Of a stretch of DNA of 64,000 bases, positions 30,278 to 39,920 are shown one piece after another (position 1 is the first letter of the stretch; each line of letters opens with the position of its first letter). Both the position numbers and the translations under genes were made by a program. The stretch spans positions 4,448,001 through 4,512,000 of the forward strand of contig OZ223209.1 of assembly GCA_965140415.1 (NCBI GenBank). Reading direction: 5' to 3'. The notes under the pieces are model-generated. The model searched no databases, was not told where the DNA came from, and saw nothing but the letters and a program-made list of their open reading frames with translations. Source of the DNA: Myxococcota bacterium. Lineage in GTDB: Bacteria > Myxococcota_A > SURF-8.

Positions 30278-30307
30278 TTGGCCCCTTTACGGGGCTCGCC
30301 ACGGGAG

Positions 30308-30342
30308 ACGGCGGCTCGCAAGGGTCGCCGTTTTCCCTTTTT
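30308..30342 (+). terminator. Rho-independent terminator
   Basis: ACGGCGGCT...GGTCGCCGT stem followed by TTTCCCTTTTT. Confidence 0.65.
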
Positions 30343-30386
30343 AGGGTATTCGCTTTGCTCGCTAAAAAATTCCCATGGAGGAATGA

Positions 30387-32030
30387 ATGTTCAAGAATCG
30401 CTGCATTCATGTGTTGCTGATGCTCGTTGTTCTGTCGGGGCTACTCGTTTCCTGCGGGAAAACCAATCCTGACGAAAGCAACGGCGATTCGGATATCGAT
30501 TCTACAACAGACGGTGACATGGAATCCGGCGAGCAGGAAGAAGTGGAACTCGTTCAAATCGAGCGACTGGAACCGTTTCGTCCGCAACTGCATTTTTCGC
30601 CCCTATCCGGCTGGATGAACGATCCCAACGGCTTGATTTATCATGAAGGTGAATTTCATCTGTTCTACCAGTTCGGTCCAGAAAGCCTGCTGCTCTCTCC
30701 CATTCACTGGGGCCACGCCGTAAGCCGGGATCTGTTCCATTGGGAGGATCTTCCCATCGCCCTGTATCCGGACGACACCTTCGGCAAGGTGTATTCGGGC
30801 AGTTCCATCACCGACCTGGAAAACCGCAGCGGTCTATGTGAAATCGATGGCGAGCAAGATGCCTCCTGCCTGATCGCCATCTTCACCCATGCGGGCGGCG
30901 ACATCGGTGGGCAGAAACAGAGTCTGGCCGTCAGTCGCGACCGGGGCCGCAATTTCACGATGTACGAAGGCAACCCGGTGCTTACCGCACCGGATGGACA
31001 GGCGGATTTCCGCGATCCGAAAGTGTTTTTCCACGAGCAAAGCGACCGCTGGATCATGCCCTTGGCCGAAGGGGACCGTATCGGTTTCTACGCCTCGGAA
31101 AATCTGAAAGATTGGACTTGGCTCAGCGATTTCGAAAAGCAAAGCGGCGATGATACCGGCATGTGGGAATGCCCCGATCTGTTTCCCTTGTCCATTCAGG
31201 GCGATTCAAGTCAACGCAAATGGGTGTTACTGGTCAGCGTCTTTTCTGGCGGCCCGCAAGGCGGCTCCGGCGTGCGCAGTTTCATCGGGGAATTCGATGG
31301 CACCACCTTTACCTGTGAGTCGGAACGAGTCGAACCGGGCTGGCTGGACTGGGGCAGCGATTTTTACGCCTGGCAGTCTTTCGCCGATGCTTCCAATGAG
31401 CGGCGCATCGGGCTGGCCTGGATGAACAACTGGAGCTATGCTCCATCCATTCAAAGCGTCCCCTGGCAGGGAGCGATGAGTTTACCCAGAGAATTGACGC
31501 TCATTGATTCCGGTCAAGGAAAGTGGTCACTACGTCAATCTCCGGTAGCGGAATTTGAAAACCTTTCGGCAAACACACAGCTTGAACTACAAAATGACAC
31601 GTTGTCGGAATCGGAACCCATCGTTCTGGACGGATCGAAAAGCTTGGACATTCAACTTCAAATGGAACAAAGCGGGGAGGAACTGATTCTCTCTGTCGAA
31701 TCGAATGGTGAAACGCAGGCACAATTGACAGTGAACACCTCAAGCCAAACGCTTATTTTCGAACGGCAACAACCAAACGACCTTGACGCTCCATCAAGCT
31801 TCGCGGGACAGCATGAAGCCCCATTGTCTTCCAATTCGAAAAGCTACAGCTTGCGCGTGATTCTGGATCGTTCTTCGTTGGAAGCATTCATCAATGACGG
31901 TGAACTGGCGCTGACCGAACAGATTTTCCCGGACGAGGGCGAAAAGCGCGTCCGCATCGCCACAAAAGGCGGGGATGCCTCCGTCACAAAGCTTACGGTT
32001 CGAGAAATCGATTCGGTCTGGTTGCGTTAA
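30387..32030 (+). CDS. Glycoside hydrolase family 32 (levanase/beta-fructofuranosidase) lipoprotein
   Basis: WMNDPNG, WGHAVS, FRDPKV, MWECPDLF catalytic motifs; lipobox LVSC. Confidence 0.92.
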   Translation: MFKNRCIHVLLMLVVLSGLLVSCGKTNPDESNGDSDIDSTTDGDMESGEQEEVELVQIERLEPFRPQLHFSPLSGWMNDPNGLIYHEGEFHLFYQFGPESLLLSPIHWGHAVSRDLFHWEDLPIALYPDDTFGKVYSGSSITDLENRSGLCEIDGEQDASCLIAIFTHAGGDIGGQKQSLAVSRDRGRNFTMYEGNPVLTAPDGQADFRDPKVFFHEQSDRWIMPLAEGDRIGFYASENLKDWTWLSDFEKQSGDDTGMWECPDLFPLSIQGDSSQRKWVLLVSVFSGGPQGGSGVRSFIGEFDGTTFTCESERVEPGWLDWGSDFYAWQSFADASNERRIGLAWMNNWSYAPSIQSVPWQGAMSLPRELTLIDSGQGKWSLRQSPVAEFENLSANTQLELQNDTLSESEPIVLDGSKSLDIQLQMEQSGEELILSVESNGETQAQLTVNTSSQTLIFERQQPNDLDAPSSFAGQHEAPLSSNSKSYSLRVILDRSSLEAFINDGELALTEQIFPDEGEKRVRIATKGGDASVTKLTVREIDSVWLR

Positions 32031-32052
32031 GGTTGGAGATGCGCTCTTGCGA

Positions 32053-32871
32053 TTACGGTGCCGCCAGTTTGGCCGTCAACGCCGTTACCTGTTCCAGGGC
32101 TTTTTTCGTTTGATCCGGAACGCGTTGCAGGTTTTTCACCAACTCATCTATCGTGTCGGTTGCGATCGGCAGTTTCACCGCTAATTTCCCACTAAGCAAC
32201 AACGGCAGACGCATGGAAAGATCTTCTCCCTGCTTGGCCAGTTCCTGAACCTGCCCACCCAAAGGATACAACACCGCCATCAAAGCCATCATGCGCTTCT
32301 GCGCTTCACCTTTGTCAAGTGTCCCTGAAGCCACGGCCACCTGGGTTTTGGCTAAAAGGTAACGGCTGAAACCGAAAGTTCCGACAGCCAAGGTGGCTTT
32401 CCGCAGGAACTCGTCCACTTCGGGAACCTGGCAGGCTAGATAGCTCAACGGATTTTCTTTGTACGGATCGTTTTCCGTATCGGCATATTGTGCCAACATG
32501 GGATTGATTTCCTTAGAGGGAATCACGACTTCCTGCTCGGTTTTCGTTTCCGCTTTTTCAGCGATAGGCGCCGCTACTACTTCCGGCTTTGCTTCCGGTT
32601 GTGGTGCAGGTTTTTCCGCTTCGGGAGTAGCAGTCGCAACAGGTTCAACCGCCGCTTCTGCCGGCGCGCTTTCCGGTTCTGCGGCGGATTCCTGTTCCGC
32701 TTGTTTCGTTTCGGCGGCAGGTTCAGGCGCTGCGACAGGCTGCGTTAATACACTCGGCTCCGGTTGCGGTTTGGCCGCTTCCTGCTCGATCGTTTCGAAA
32801 AAGCTCGCCGAAGCGAAGCGAGGCATAGCGAGTACGGAAACAACTAGCAACGCAACATACAAGCGTCTCAT
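32053..32871 (-). CDS. Hypothetical secreted protein with Pro/Ala/Glu-rich linker
   Basis: Signal peptide, low-complexity linker, helical C-terminal domain; GGAGGG RBS. Confidence 0.7.
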   Translation of the reverse strand: MRRLYVALLVVSVLAMPRFASASFFETIEQEAAKPQPEPSVLTQPVAAPEPAAETKQAEQESAAEPESAPAEAAVEPVATATPEAEKPAPQPEAKPEVVAAPIAEKAETKTEQEVVIPSKEINPMLAQYADTENDPYKENPLSYLACQVPEVDEFLRKATLAVGTFGFSRYLLAKTQVAVASGTLDKGEAQKRMMALMAVLYPLGGQVQELAKQGEDLSMRLPLLLSGKLAVKLPIATDTIDELVKNLQRVPDQTKKALEQVTALTAKLAAP

Positions 32872-33237
32872 GGACTATCTCCCTCCAAAGTCAAGAACCT
32901 TACGTGCGACTATCCTAGCCTAAGTCGTCGATTGGAGCAACAGGTATTGGAAATTCCATCTTGTTGGGCAATACCATGAATTGGGTGAATGACAAGAATA
33001 TTTATGTTATTATTTAAGCGGTGAGATTGAATCGCTCATTTTCAACTCGAATCCTGACTCGTCAAATGGTCCACACAACGGGTGGCGCGGCAAGTATAAG
33101 TTTGTGTAACTTAGTCCGCTTTTCAAACAATGCAGCCACCAGTCTGCCACAACTCAGAAAACTCATAACTTACCTGCCAACAGAAGCGGCGGAGCGGTTT
33201 GTCCTGAATCGGCTCAAAGAAGCCGGTGGAGGGGCAT

Positions 33238-33283
33238 AAAATGGAAAACTCCAGCGCATCTCATGAGAAAGTTGCGCTGGAGT
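33238..33283 (-). terminator. Original terminator of the tRNA operon, displaced by island insertion
   Basis: 11-bp stem ACTCCAGCGCA (33248-33258)/TGCGCTGGAGT (33273-33283) with a minus-strand U-rich tract, immediately outside the left att core. Confidence 0.75.
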
Positions 33284-33285
33284 AT

Positions 33286-33297
33286 AACAGTTGGCGA
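33286..33297. repeat. Attachment-site core, tRNA-distal junction
   Basis: AACAGTTGGCGA, identical to 42857-42868. Confidence 0.85.
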
Positions 33298-33434
33298 ACG
33301 ACAAGACGCTGACTTGGAAACAGATTGACGACTGGTTAGACAGCATGGAGATGCTCAAGGCATCTCTTTTCGAAGCCAAAAACTGCCATGATTTCTGGCA
33401 CCTAATCACCGAACAACAGGAAGCGAGGGGATAA
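33297..33434 (+). other. Detached in-frame 3' segment of the serine integrase gene (45 codons plus stop)
   Basis: Joining at the repeat gives ...CYEQLA|NDKTLTWKQIDDWLDSMEMLKASLFEAKNCHDFWHLITEQQEARG* with no internal stop. Confidence 0.75.
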
Positions 33435-33736
33435 AGCAATGGACAAGTGTGTCCTGGAGATAGAAACGGACACCTGAATTGAAAAACCGCCCTTGCAGGG
33501 GCGGCTTACAAAACATCAACCCCGGGTATGGAGATGACGTCATGGATATCTGTAGTGTAACCAACCGCATTGACCTCGTCAAGATTTTCATCGCGCCCAT
33601 TTCCACATCCGCTTCAAGACCCCCTTGCAGCCCAGTATGGCTTCGGAGATCACCGGACTCCTGAACCATGGTGTCACCCGTCACCCATAAATAGGCGGGG
33701 TATATAGAAACTTTTAACGATTCTGGAGGTCATGCC

Positions 33737-34432
33737 ATGGAGATTAAGAGAAAATCAGCGTTCGACTTTCCGTCCGACAACGAAGCCCGCGCAGATGAAC
33801 TGCGCCACATCGGTTTTGACAGACTCGCAAATATGATTGCTGACTGTAAGCCCGGCTGGTTCTGCAGACAGCGACTCTGTCCGACCTGCGGCCCGTTCTA
33901 CGCAGCGATCAATGCGGGCAAAGTCAGAGTGAAGGTACTGGAGATGCGGTGGCCGCACACCTATATGCTGACACTCCGGTCGAAGCATCTATGGGATTTG
34001 AAAGCGACCGTCGAGGAGTTTCGAGCCTGTCTTCGCAAGTTGAGAGTCCGGAAATACTGGAAACAGCATGTGCGTTCGGGAGCCGGTGCCATTGAGGTAA
34101 AGTTATCGAACGACCGCAGGGCCTGGGTGGTTCATAGCCACTTTGTTCTCGATGTCCTCGATCCCACCTTCGATGTCGAACTCATCGATGAATATTGGCG
34201 GAAATACACCAATGGCCGTGGTTCTTTCATGCGGCAGACCGGTAACCGGGTCGTCATGGAAAACCTGACCGCACTGGCCTCCTACAACGCGAAGGCCGAT
34301 ACCTGGTGCCCACCTCCCGGCGCCTTGTATCCGGACGAACTGCGGCATCTCATTCGTGCGATTAAAGGGAAGCAGCTGCCAATTCTCTTCCCTTCTCGAC
34401 GGAAGAGGAAGCCCCACTCGTCGGAGAAGTAA
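33737..34432 (+). CDS. Rolling-circle replication initiator (HUH, Rep_1/pC194-like)
   Basis: Cys cluster CRQRLCPTC, motif I MLTL, GAIEVK, HUH motif HSHFVL, motif III YNAK; GGAGG RBS. Confidence 0.8.
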   Translation: MEIKRKSAFDFPSDNEARADELRHIGFDRLANMIADCKPGWFCRQRLCPTCGPFYAAINAGKVRVKVLEMRWPHTYMLTLRSKHLWDLKATVEEFRACLRKLRVRKYWKQHVRSGAGAIEVKLSNDRRAWVVHSHFVLDVLDPTFDVELIDEYWRKYTNGRGSFMRQTGNRVVMENLTALASYNAKADTWCPPPGALYPDELRHLIRAIKGKQLPILFPSRRKRKPHSSEK

Positions 34433-34730
34433 ACGTGCGGCCAACTGGCCTGTTCCACTATCCGGCCAGCGCGATTAGTGGGGTATTCACGATTCGTATG
34501 TGCGTTACCGCGCCAGTTCTTCGCAGCGCGGTAACGCACTACGGAACGGTGAAACGCCGCTGTGAGCGATGGAGTACGTGAACAGCGACTACGCCCTCTG
34601 AGAAAGCCATTGACATGCGACAAAAAAGTGTCCAAATCGGAGGAGGTAGGTTCATGAATTTGGAGGAAATCCAACTTAACACCACGATAACACTAACAAT
34701 ATCTCATATTCTGAAACCCTCACGCATTTG

Positions 34731-34784
34731 CTGCGACGTCGGTTTTTCAACTGCGACGTCGGCACAATCACCCAGCGACGTCGG
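34731..34784. repeat. Three iteron-like copies of C(T/A)GCGACGTCGG
   Basis: Copies at 34731, 34751 and 34773 with palindromic core CGACGTCG. Confidence 0.7.
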
Positions 34785-35395
34785 TGCTCGCATTCTCCTA
34801 GCCCTATCCGGTTTTCGATTCCAGCCCCATAGGGGACCCAGACCCCGCCCAGCATTAAAACCATTCGGGGTGCTGGCCACCGACAATTACGACAGCCGTC
34901 TTGTTGGGTGCTATTCGTCAAACAGAATCATGTTTTTACCACTCGGGTTCGTTCGTTAATACCTCGACCTGCGTCAATTTGGTTGGCGTATTTCTCTATG
35001 GCGACCAGCGGAAAAAACGTTCGGGCCAGGAAAATTGGGGTTCCAATATTTTTCGGGGTGTTTTTCGGGAACCGTTCGGGTCATCCGGGACAACTATGCA
35101 AGATATCAATGGATTTCGCTATAAGGATGATAGTGAAAGTGGTTGCCCTTTCACTGATCCTGGCCGGTCGACAGCTGAACTTTTCCAGGTTGTCGCGTTC
35201 GCCCGGACGTCCCGGATCAGGGTGATTCGCTCCTCGTAGGTCTTATACCACAACGCTTACCTGAATTTTAGGACTGCGACCGACCGCTCGTCTTTCGCTA
35301 GCCGGACCGATACCCAAACCACCGCCCACATGGCGGCGACGCCGCGTGGGACGGGCGAGGTCTCCGTGTGCGTCGAACACGACAAGGAGGCCCCG

Positions 35396-36091
35396 ATGGA
35401 AACCTGTATCCAACCCCAACAACCCAGCCAGCCCCTTCCGATGTCCCACGAGCAAATCAACACTACCTTCACCACCATGATCGCCGACGGCATCTTCAAT
35501 CCGATCAAGCGCCACCTGGGCGATGCGTTCGATGCCGAAGACAGATTCCAGGAAGCCCTGTGCATCATCTACGATGATTACCGCAGCGCCGCCGAGCGTG
35601 GCAAGCCGACAGATAGAGCCGCCCTGGTCTTTGGTTTGAAGTTGAAAGCCTTCGACGTGACCCACCGCTTCACCCGAACCGGCCACGGTCGCCGCAGGGA
35701 CGTGATGGGCGCGCCGGCCTGTGTCCTCGACGGGATTCAGGTCTTGCGCTTCGATGGCCTGGTCGAAGACGAAGACGGACCCTACGACGATCCCGGTGTG
35801 ACCCGGGATAACCCCATGAGCTTCGTCAACGAACTTTCCATGCGGCAGACGGCGGATGTCGAGGACCGGATCAACTCCGCTCTCGACCTTGACGCCTGGT
35901 TGGCCGACTTGGACCCGACCGACAGTGACATCCTGCAAGGCCGCATGGAAGGCCGCGCCGGAACGGAGATCGCCGAAATGGTCGGCATGAGCATGACCTA
36001 TTTCTATCAGCGCTTGAAGACGCTCGGTCGGAAGCTGGCCAAGGACGCCGGGATCATGGCCTACCTCGAACCCCAGCCGGGAGTCGCGTAG
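35396..36091 (+). CDS. Sigma-70 region 4-like HTH protein (ECF-sigma-like, mobile-element type)
   Basis: AAGGAGG RBS; DAEDRFQEA region-2-like segment; C-terminal LDAWLADLDP...GTEIAEMVGMS HTH. Confidence 0.65.
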   Translation: METCIQPQQPSQPLPMSHEQINTTFTTMIADGIFNPIKRHLGDAFDAEDRFQEALCIIYDDYRSAAERGKPTDRAALVFGLKLKAFDVTHRFTRTGHGRRRDVMGAPACVLDGIQVLRFDGLVEDEDGPYDDPGVTRDNPMSFVNELSMRQTADVEDRINSALDLDAWLADLDPTDSDILQGRMEGRAGTEIAEMVGMSMTYFYQRLKTLGRKLAKDAGIMAYLEPQPGVA

Positions 36092-36376
36092 TCGATGCGC
36101 CGCAACACCATCGACATCGTCGTCTGGATCATCCTGAAAAGCCTGAAAAACTGGCTCTGCAAGCACCGAAAATGACATTCCCCACCATGCCGCCCTGCCA
36201 CATCGCCCGCCGCACCATCCCCAGCCGCGCCCACGCGGCGGAAGAGGCCCTTTGGCTTCTTCTTTTAGCACAATTCGTATCTTGATTACATTTGAGTAAA
36301 CCGCCGAATTGTGCTAGCTTTTCCGCATTCGGGAAAGGAACTATTCTGTCAGAGACCGCTACGATCGTGAGGAGAT

Positions 36377-39300
36377 TTGGGTATGAAGCAGGCTGTTATC
36401 GTTGGGCTGATATGTTTGTTGCCATTGTTTAGTGCCGGTTGCTCGGGTTCTTCCGATGCAGGGGACGTCGCCAAAGCGCTTGAAGACCGCCTGACCGATG
36501 CCCTGGACTTCGAGGGCGGGTCGGCGGAAGACGGTGAGCCGCCCGAAGGCGAGAACACGCCTGATGCGCCGCAGATTTCGGGAATAGATGCACCGGATAC
36601 ACTTCATCCGGATGTTCCATTCGTGGTGCGGCTTTCGACTGACTATGCAGAGCCGCAGAACGTCGATAAAGCGATTGTCCATGTGGTGGGCGCTACGAAG
36701 TATCTGGTTGTGACGACCCCGCTGGTTGAAGCAAGTCATGGCTGGGTGATGAATCTTGCCGGTGTTTTGGGCGAGGAAATGTCCCTGGCGGGCGAGAGTT
36801 TCACGCTGGAATACGCGCTTCAAACCAGAGGCGGCGTAACCGGCGCGTACAAGAGAAAAGAGTTGGATATCCCTGAAGAGGACGCCGAACCGGACTGCGA
36901 CTCCGGTCCCTGCTGCAACGGCGGTGAATGGATCGAGGACGGCGGTGCGTGCACCGAGGGCGATGCTTTCGCTTGCACGCGGGATGCCTGCACGGCAAAT
37001 CATGCTTGCGAATCGACGCTGGCAGCGGACCGATGCCTGATTGACGATACCTGCTACACCTCCGGCGATGTGAAGCCGGACAACGAATGCCAGACCTGTC
37101 AGCCGGAGACGGCGACGGATATCTTCAGCGCGGTGGCCGACGGGACGGCCTGCGATGCGGGGAGTGGTGAAGGGTCAGGCCAGTGCCAGACGGGCGAGTG
37201 TGTCTTTTCCGATACCTTCATGAACGGTCGCTTGCATGAGTCGCTTGAGCCGGAGCAGGCACAGGAAGTGGCGGGTGATCCGCCTGCGGGTGGGGATGAT
37301 CCGCAAAGCTTCCCGCAGATTACCGATTTATCGGCCCCGGCGACACTCTATCCTGGGTCGAGTTTCGAAGTGACGCTGTTTACCGATTTCGCCACTCCGG
37401 ATGCGATCGATGGAGCGTTGCTGCAGGTTTCCGGTGCGCCGGGTTATTATCGGATTACGGGCGAAACAACGGCGTTGGGTGATCGCGCCTATCTCACGAT
37501 CAGCGGCCTGCTACTTGATATCGACGATCTACCGGAGCACAGCTTTACTCTGGCCTTTGCGCTGACGGCAGGCGAGGGCGTGGTGGGCGGCTATGCAGAG
37601 GCAACGATACAGTTGATCCCTGCTGCGCCGCAATGCGAGTCCGGCCCGTGCTGCAACGGTGGCGGATTGATGCCGAACGGGTCGTTTTGTCTGGATGACG
37701 ACCCCTGTACCTATGACGACGCCTGCAACGAGCAGGGAGCCTGTGCGGGCACGCCGATCACCTGTGAGGATGACCCATCGATCTGCGGGGTCAATCGCGC
37801 CTGCAACGGAACGGCCACTTGCGACGAAAGCTATCCAGGTAATGAAACAGAATGTGACGATGGTGAACCCTGCACATATGATGACGTCTGCGACGGTGGG
37901 GGCGGGTGCGCGGGCACAAGCTACGGTTGCAACGACCATGGGGACTGTGACGGGGAGGGCGCATGCGAGTGTGACGATGGTTACGATGGCGCAAGCTGCG
38001 ATCAGTGCGCCGATGGATACGAAGGTTACCCGGACTGCGTTTCGATTCAGAATTTTCTTGACAGCTTGGCTGCATCAGCGAGTCAAAGTATCCGTGAGAT
38101 CGATGGGGTCGCCGCAATGGATGGATCGGAGGAGGAAGTTATTGGTGGTCTGGCGACAGTTAAAGCCATTGGGTATGCGTACTGTGAACCAGACAACTAC
38201 TATGAGGGACCTGAAGCCGACATGTCGCTACCTCTGTGTCGTTATGGCTGTGATCAGCTGCCTGCCCTGGAGATCACATTGACCGATCAAGCCGCTGGAC
38301 TCGTCGATGTTTCCCTTCAGGCATCTGCGTTTTACGTGGATTCGTATTGGGAAATACCGACGAGGTGTGATTGCTATAGTTTGACAACCACTTCATCAGT
38401 CTCCGCCACCGGAACATTGGTTGATTTTCCAGACAATCCAAAGCTCTATCGTAATGCGGGTACAAATATGTCAGAGATGGGAAGTTTCGAGTTAGATTGC
38501 GAGGGTGTATGCGGAACATTGGTACCCAGTTTGTCTGGAGTCATGCAAGGACTGTGGAACGGTATTCTCGACGATGGCTTGCAACAATTGCTTGACGCAC
38601 TTGTTTTTACTCCAGTGTGTGAGGAAGGCCAGATCGAATACCCGGTCGGCTCCTTTACTTGCATCGACGACCCTTGTGATCCAGATCCGTGCAACGAACA
38701 TGGAAGCTGCGACAATTCAAGCGGGGAGGCGGTGTGCACTTGTGACAATGATAATATGAACGAAGATTGCTCAGCCTGTGCAGACGGTTTCATCGGCTAT
38801 CCGGATTGTATAGCTATCGGCACGTTTATTCCCATCACGGCCGGCGCCTTCTGGATGGGCTCGCCGGATGGAAGCTGCCCTGGCGGCTATCCAGGAGATT
38901 GCTCCGAAGCCGAGCCGGGGCGGTATTCGGATGAAGAACTTCACGAAGTGACATTGACCTATGATTTCGAGTTGCAGGCGTATGAGTTGACACAGGGGGA
39001 ATGGACGGCGTTGATGACGTGGAATCCGAGCAGCTTCAGCACCTGTGATGGCGGCGATGGTAGCACGTGTCCGGTGGAAAGCGTCTCCTGGTTTGATGTG
39101 TTGGCCTACGCGAACGAGTTATCGTCGGATGCGGGTCTGACGCCCTGTTATGTGTTTTCGAACGTGACGTGCGAGGAAGGCGGGAGCGTGGGCGCGGACT
39201 ACATGCAGTGCATGAACGCGATTCAGGGCGGTATTGATGATGCAACGATTACTCTGGCGGGCGGCGCGGTAAAGCCTCAGGATTGCGAAGGGTATCGGCT

Positions 39301-39748
39301 CCCCACTGAGGCGGAATGGGAGTATGCGATACGGGCCGGGAATGAATACACGGCGTTCTACCAGAGCGATGGGAACGATGGGACGATCAATGCTTCGACG
39401 ATGAGCACGTGTAGTTCATTGGACAGTAATCTGGATCAGATCGCGGTTTACTGTGCGAACGATCCCAACGGCACGGCTCCTGTGGGCACAAAGGAGGCGA
39501 ACGCGTGGGGCTTGTACGATATGAGCGGCAACGTGTATGACTGGGTCTGGGACTGGTATCAGGACTCTTATGAGAACGATGTGGCAACTGACCCGACAGG
39601 TCCGACGACACCAGGCTCGGGCCGCGTCCTACGTGGCGGCGTCTGGGGCGGCGACGCGCGGTACTGCCGGTCGGCGGGCCGCGGCAACCGCGCTCCCGGC
39701 GTTCGCAACGACCGCCTTGGCGCCCGCCTCTCCAGGTCTAGCCCTTGA
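36377..39748 (+). CDS. Modular surface lipoprotein with duplicated beta domain, Cys/EGF-like repeats and C-terminal FGE-sulfatase (C-type lectin fold) domain; probable DGR target
   Basis: Lipobox SAGC; FWMGSP, PVESVSWFD, GYRLPTEAEWEYA, NAWGLYDMSGNV.DW, RVLRGG.W...RSA.R.......LGARL. Confidence 0.88.
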   Translation: MGMKQAVIVGLICLLPLFSAGCSGSSDAGDVAKALEDRLTDALDFEGGSAEDGEPPEGENTPDAPQISGIDAPDTLHPDVPFVVRLSTDYAEPQNVDKAIVHVVGATKYLVVTTPLVEASHGWVMNLAGVLGEEMSLAGESFTLEYALQTRGGVTGAYKRKELDIPEEDAEPDCDSGPCCNGGEWIEDGGACTEGDAFACTRDACTANHACESTLAADRCLIDDTCYTSGDVKPDNECQTCQPETATDIFSAVADGTACDAGSGEGSGQCQTGECVFSDTFMNGRLHESLEPEQAQEVAGDPPAGGDDPQSFPQITDLSAPATLYPGSSFEVTLFTDFATPDAIDGALLQVSGAPGYYRITGETTALGDRAYLTISGLLLDIDDLPEHSFTLAFALTAGEGVVGGYAEATIQLIPAAPQCESGPCCNGGGLMPNGSFCLDDDPCTYDDACNEQGACAGTPITCEDDPSICGVNRACNGTATCDESYPGNETECDDGEPCTYDDVCDGGGGCAGTSYGCNDHGDCDGEGACECDDGYDGASCDQCADGYEGYPDCVSIQNFLDSLAASASQSIREIDGVAAMDGSEEEVIGGLATVKAIGYAYCEPDNYYEGPEADMSLPLCRYGCDQLPALEITLTDQAAGLVDVSLQASAFYVDSYWEIPTRCDCYSLTTTSSVSATGTLVDFPDNPKLYRNAGTNMSEMGSFELDCEGVCGTLVPSLSGVMQGLWNGILDDGLQQLLDALVFTPVCEEGQIEYPVGSFTCIDDPCDPDPCNEHGSCDNSSGEAVCTCDNDNMNEDCSACADGFIGYPDCIAIGTFIPITAGAFWMGSPDGSCPGGYPGDCSEAEPGRYSDEELHEVTLTYDFELQAYELTQGEWTALMTWNPSSFSTCDGGDGSTCPVESVSWFDVLAYANELSSDAGLTPCYVFSNVTCEEGGSVGADYMQCMNAIQGGIDDATITLAGGAVKPQDCEGYRLPTEAEWEYAIRAGNEYTAFYQSDGNDGTINASTMSTCSSLDSNLDQIAVYCANDPNGTAPVGTKEANAWGLYDMSGNVYDWVWDWYQDSYENDVATDPTGPTTPGSGRVLRGGVWGGDARYCRSAGRGNRAPGVRNDRLGARLSRSSP
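39614..39745 (+). other. Putative DGR variable region (VR) with GC-rich 3' end
   Basis: Non-conserved positions are almost all NNC/NNT codons (GGC, GTC, GGC GGC GAC, TAC, GGC, GGC AAC CGC, GTT, AAC GAC CGC), as expected from mutagenised AAC/AAT codons. Confidence 0.7.
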
Positions 39749-39758
39749 CCCCTTTCGC

Positions 39759-39920
39759 CCTTTGCCCTTTGGGCAAAGGCTATAATGGGTGCACGATAGT
39801 GCGACCGAATTGGTCCGAGCGGGAACGGAGAGAGCAAGCGAGCCGAAGCGCAAGCCGGCGAAGCGAGCGAACGAAGTGAAGCTCGGGCCGGGGAGTCCAG
39901 AGGGGCTTTAGCCCCTTTGG
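39759..39920 (+). other. Short-loop hairpins downstream of the VR (cruciform candidates)
   Basis: CCTTTGCCC-TTT-GGGCAAAGG (39759-39779) and CCAGAGGGGC-TTTA-GCCCCTTTGG (39897-39920). Confidence 0.6.

Noticed and set aside
34998-35013. TGGCGACCAGCGGAA as a second att-like copy of the tRNA-Glu end
   Set aside because: Requires gaps to align; the exact 12-bp repeat at 33286 next to the displaced terminator explains the junction better
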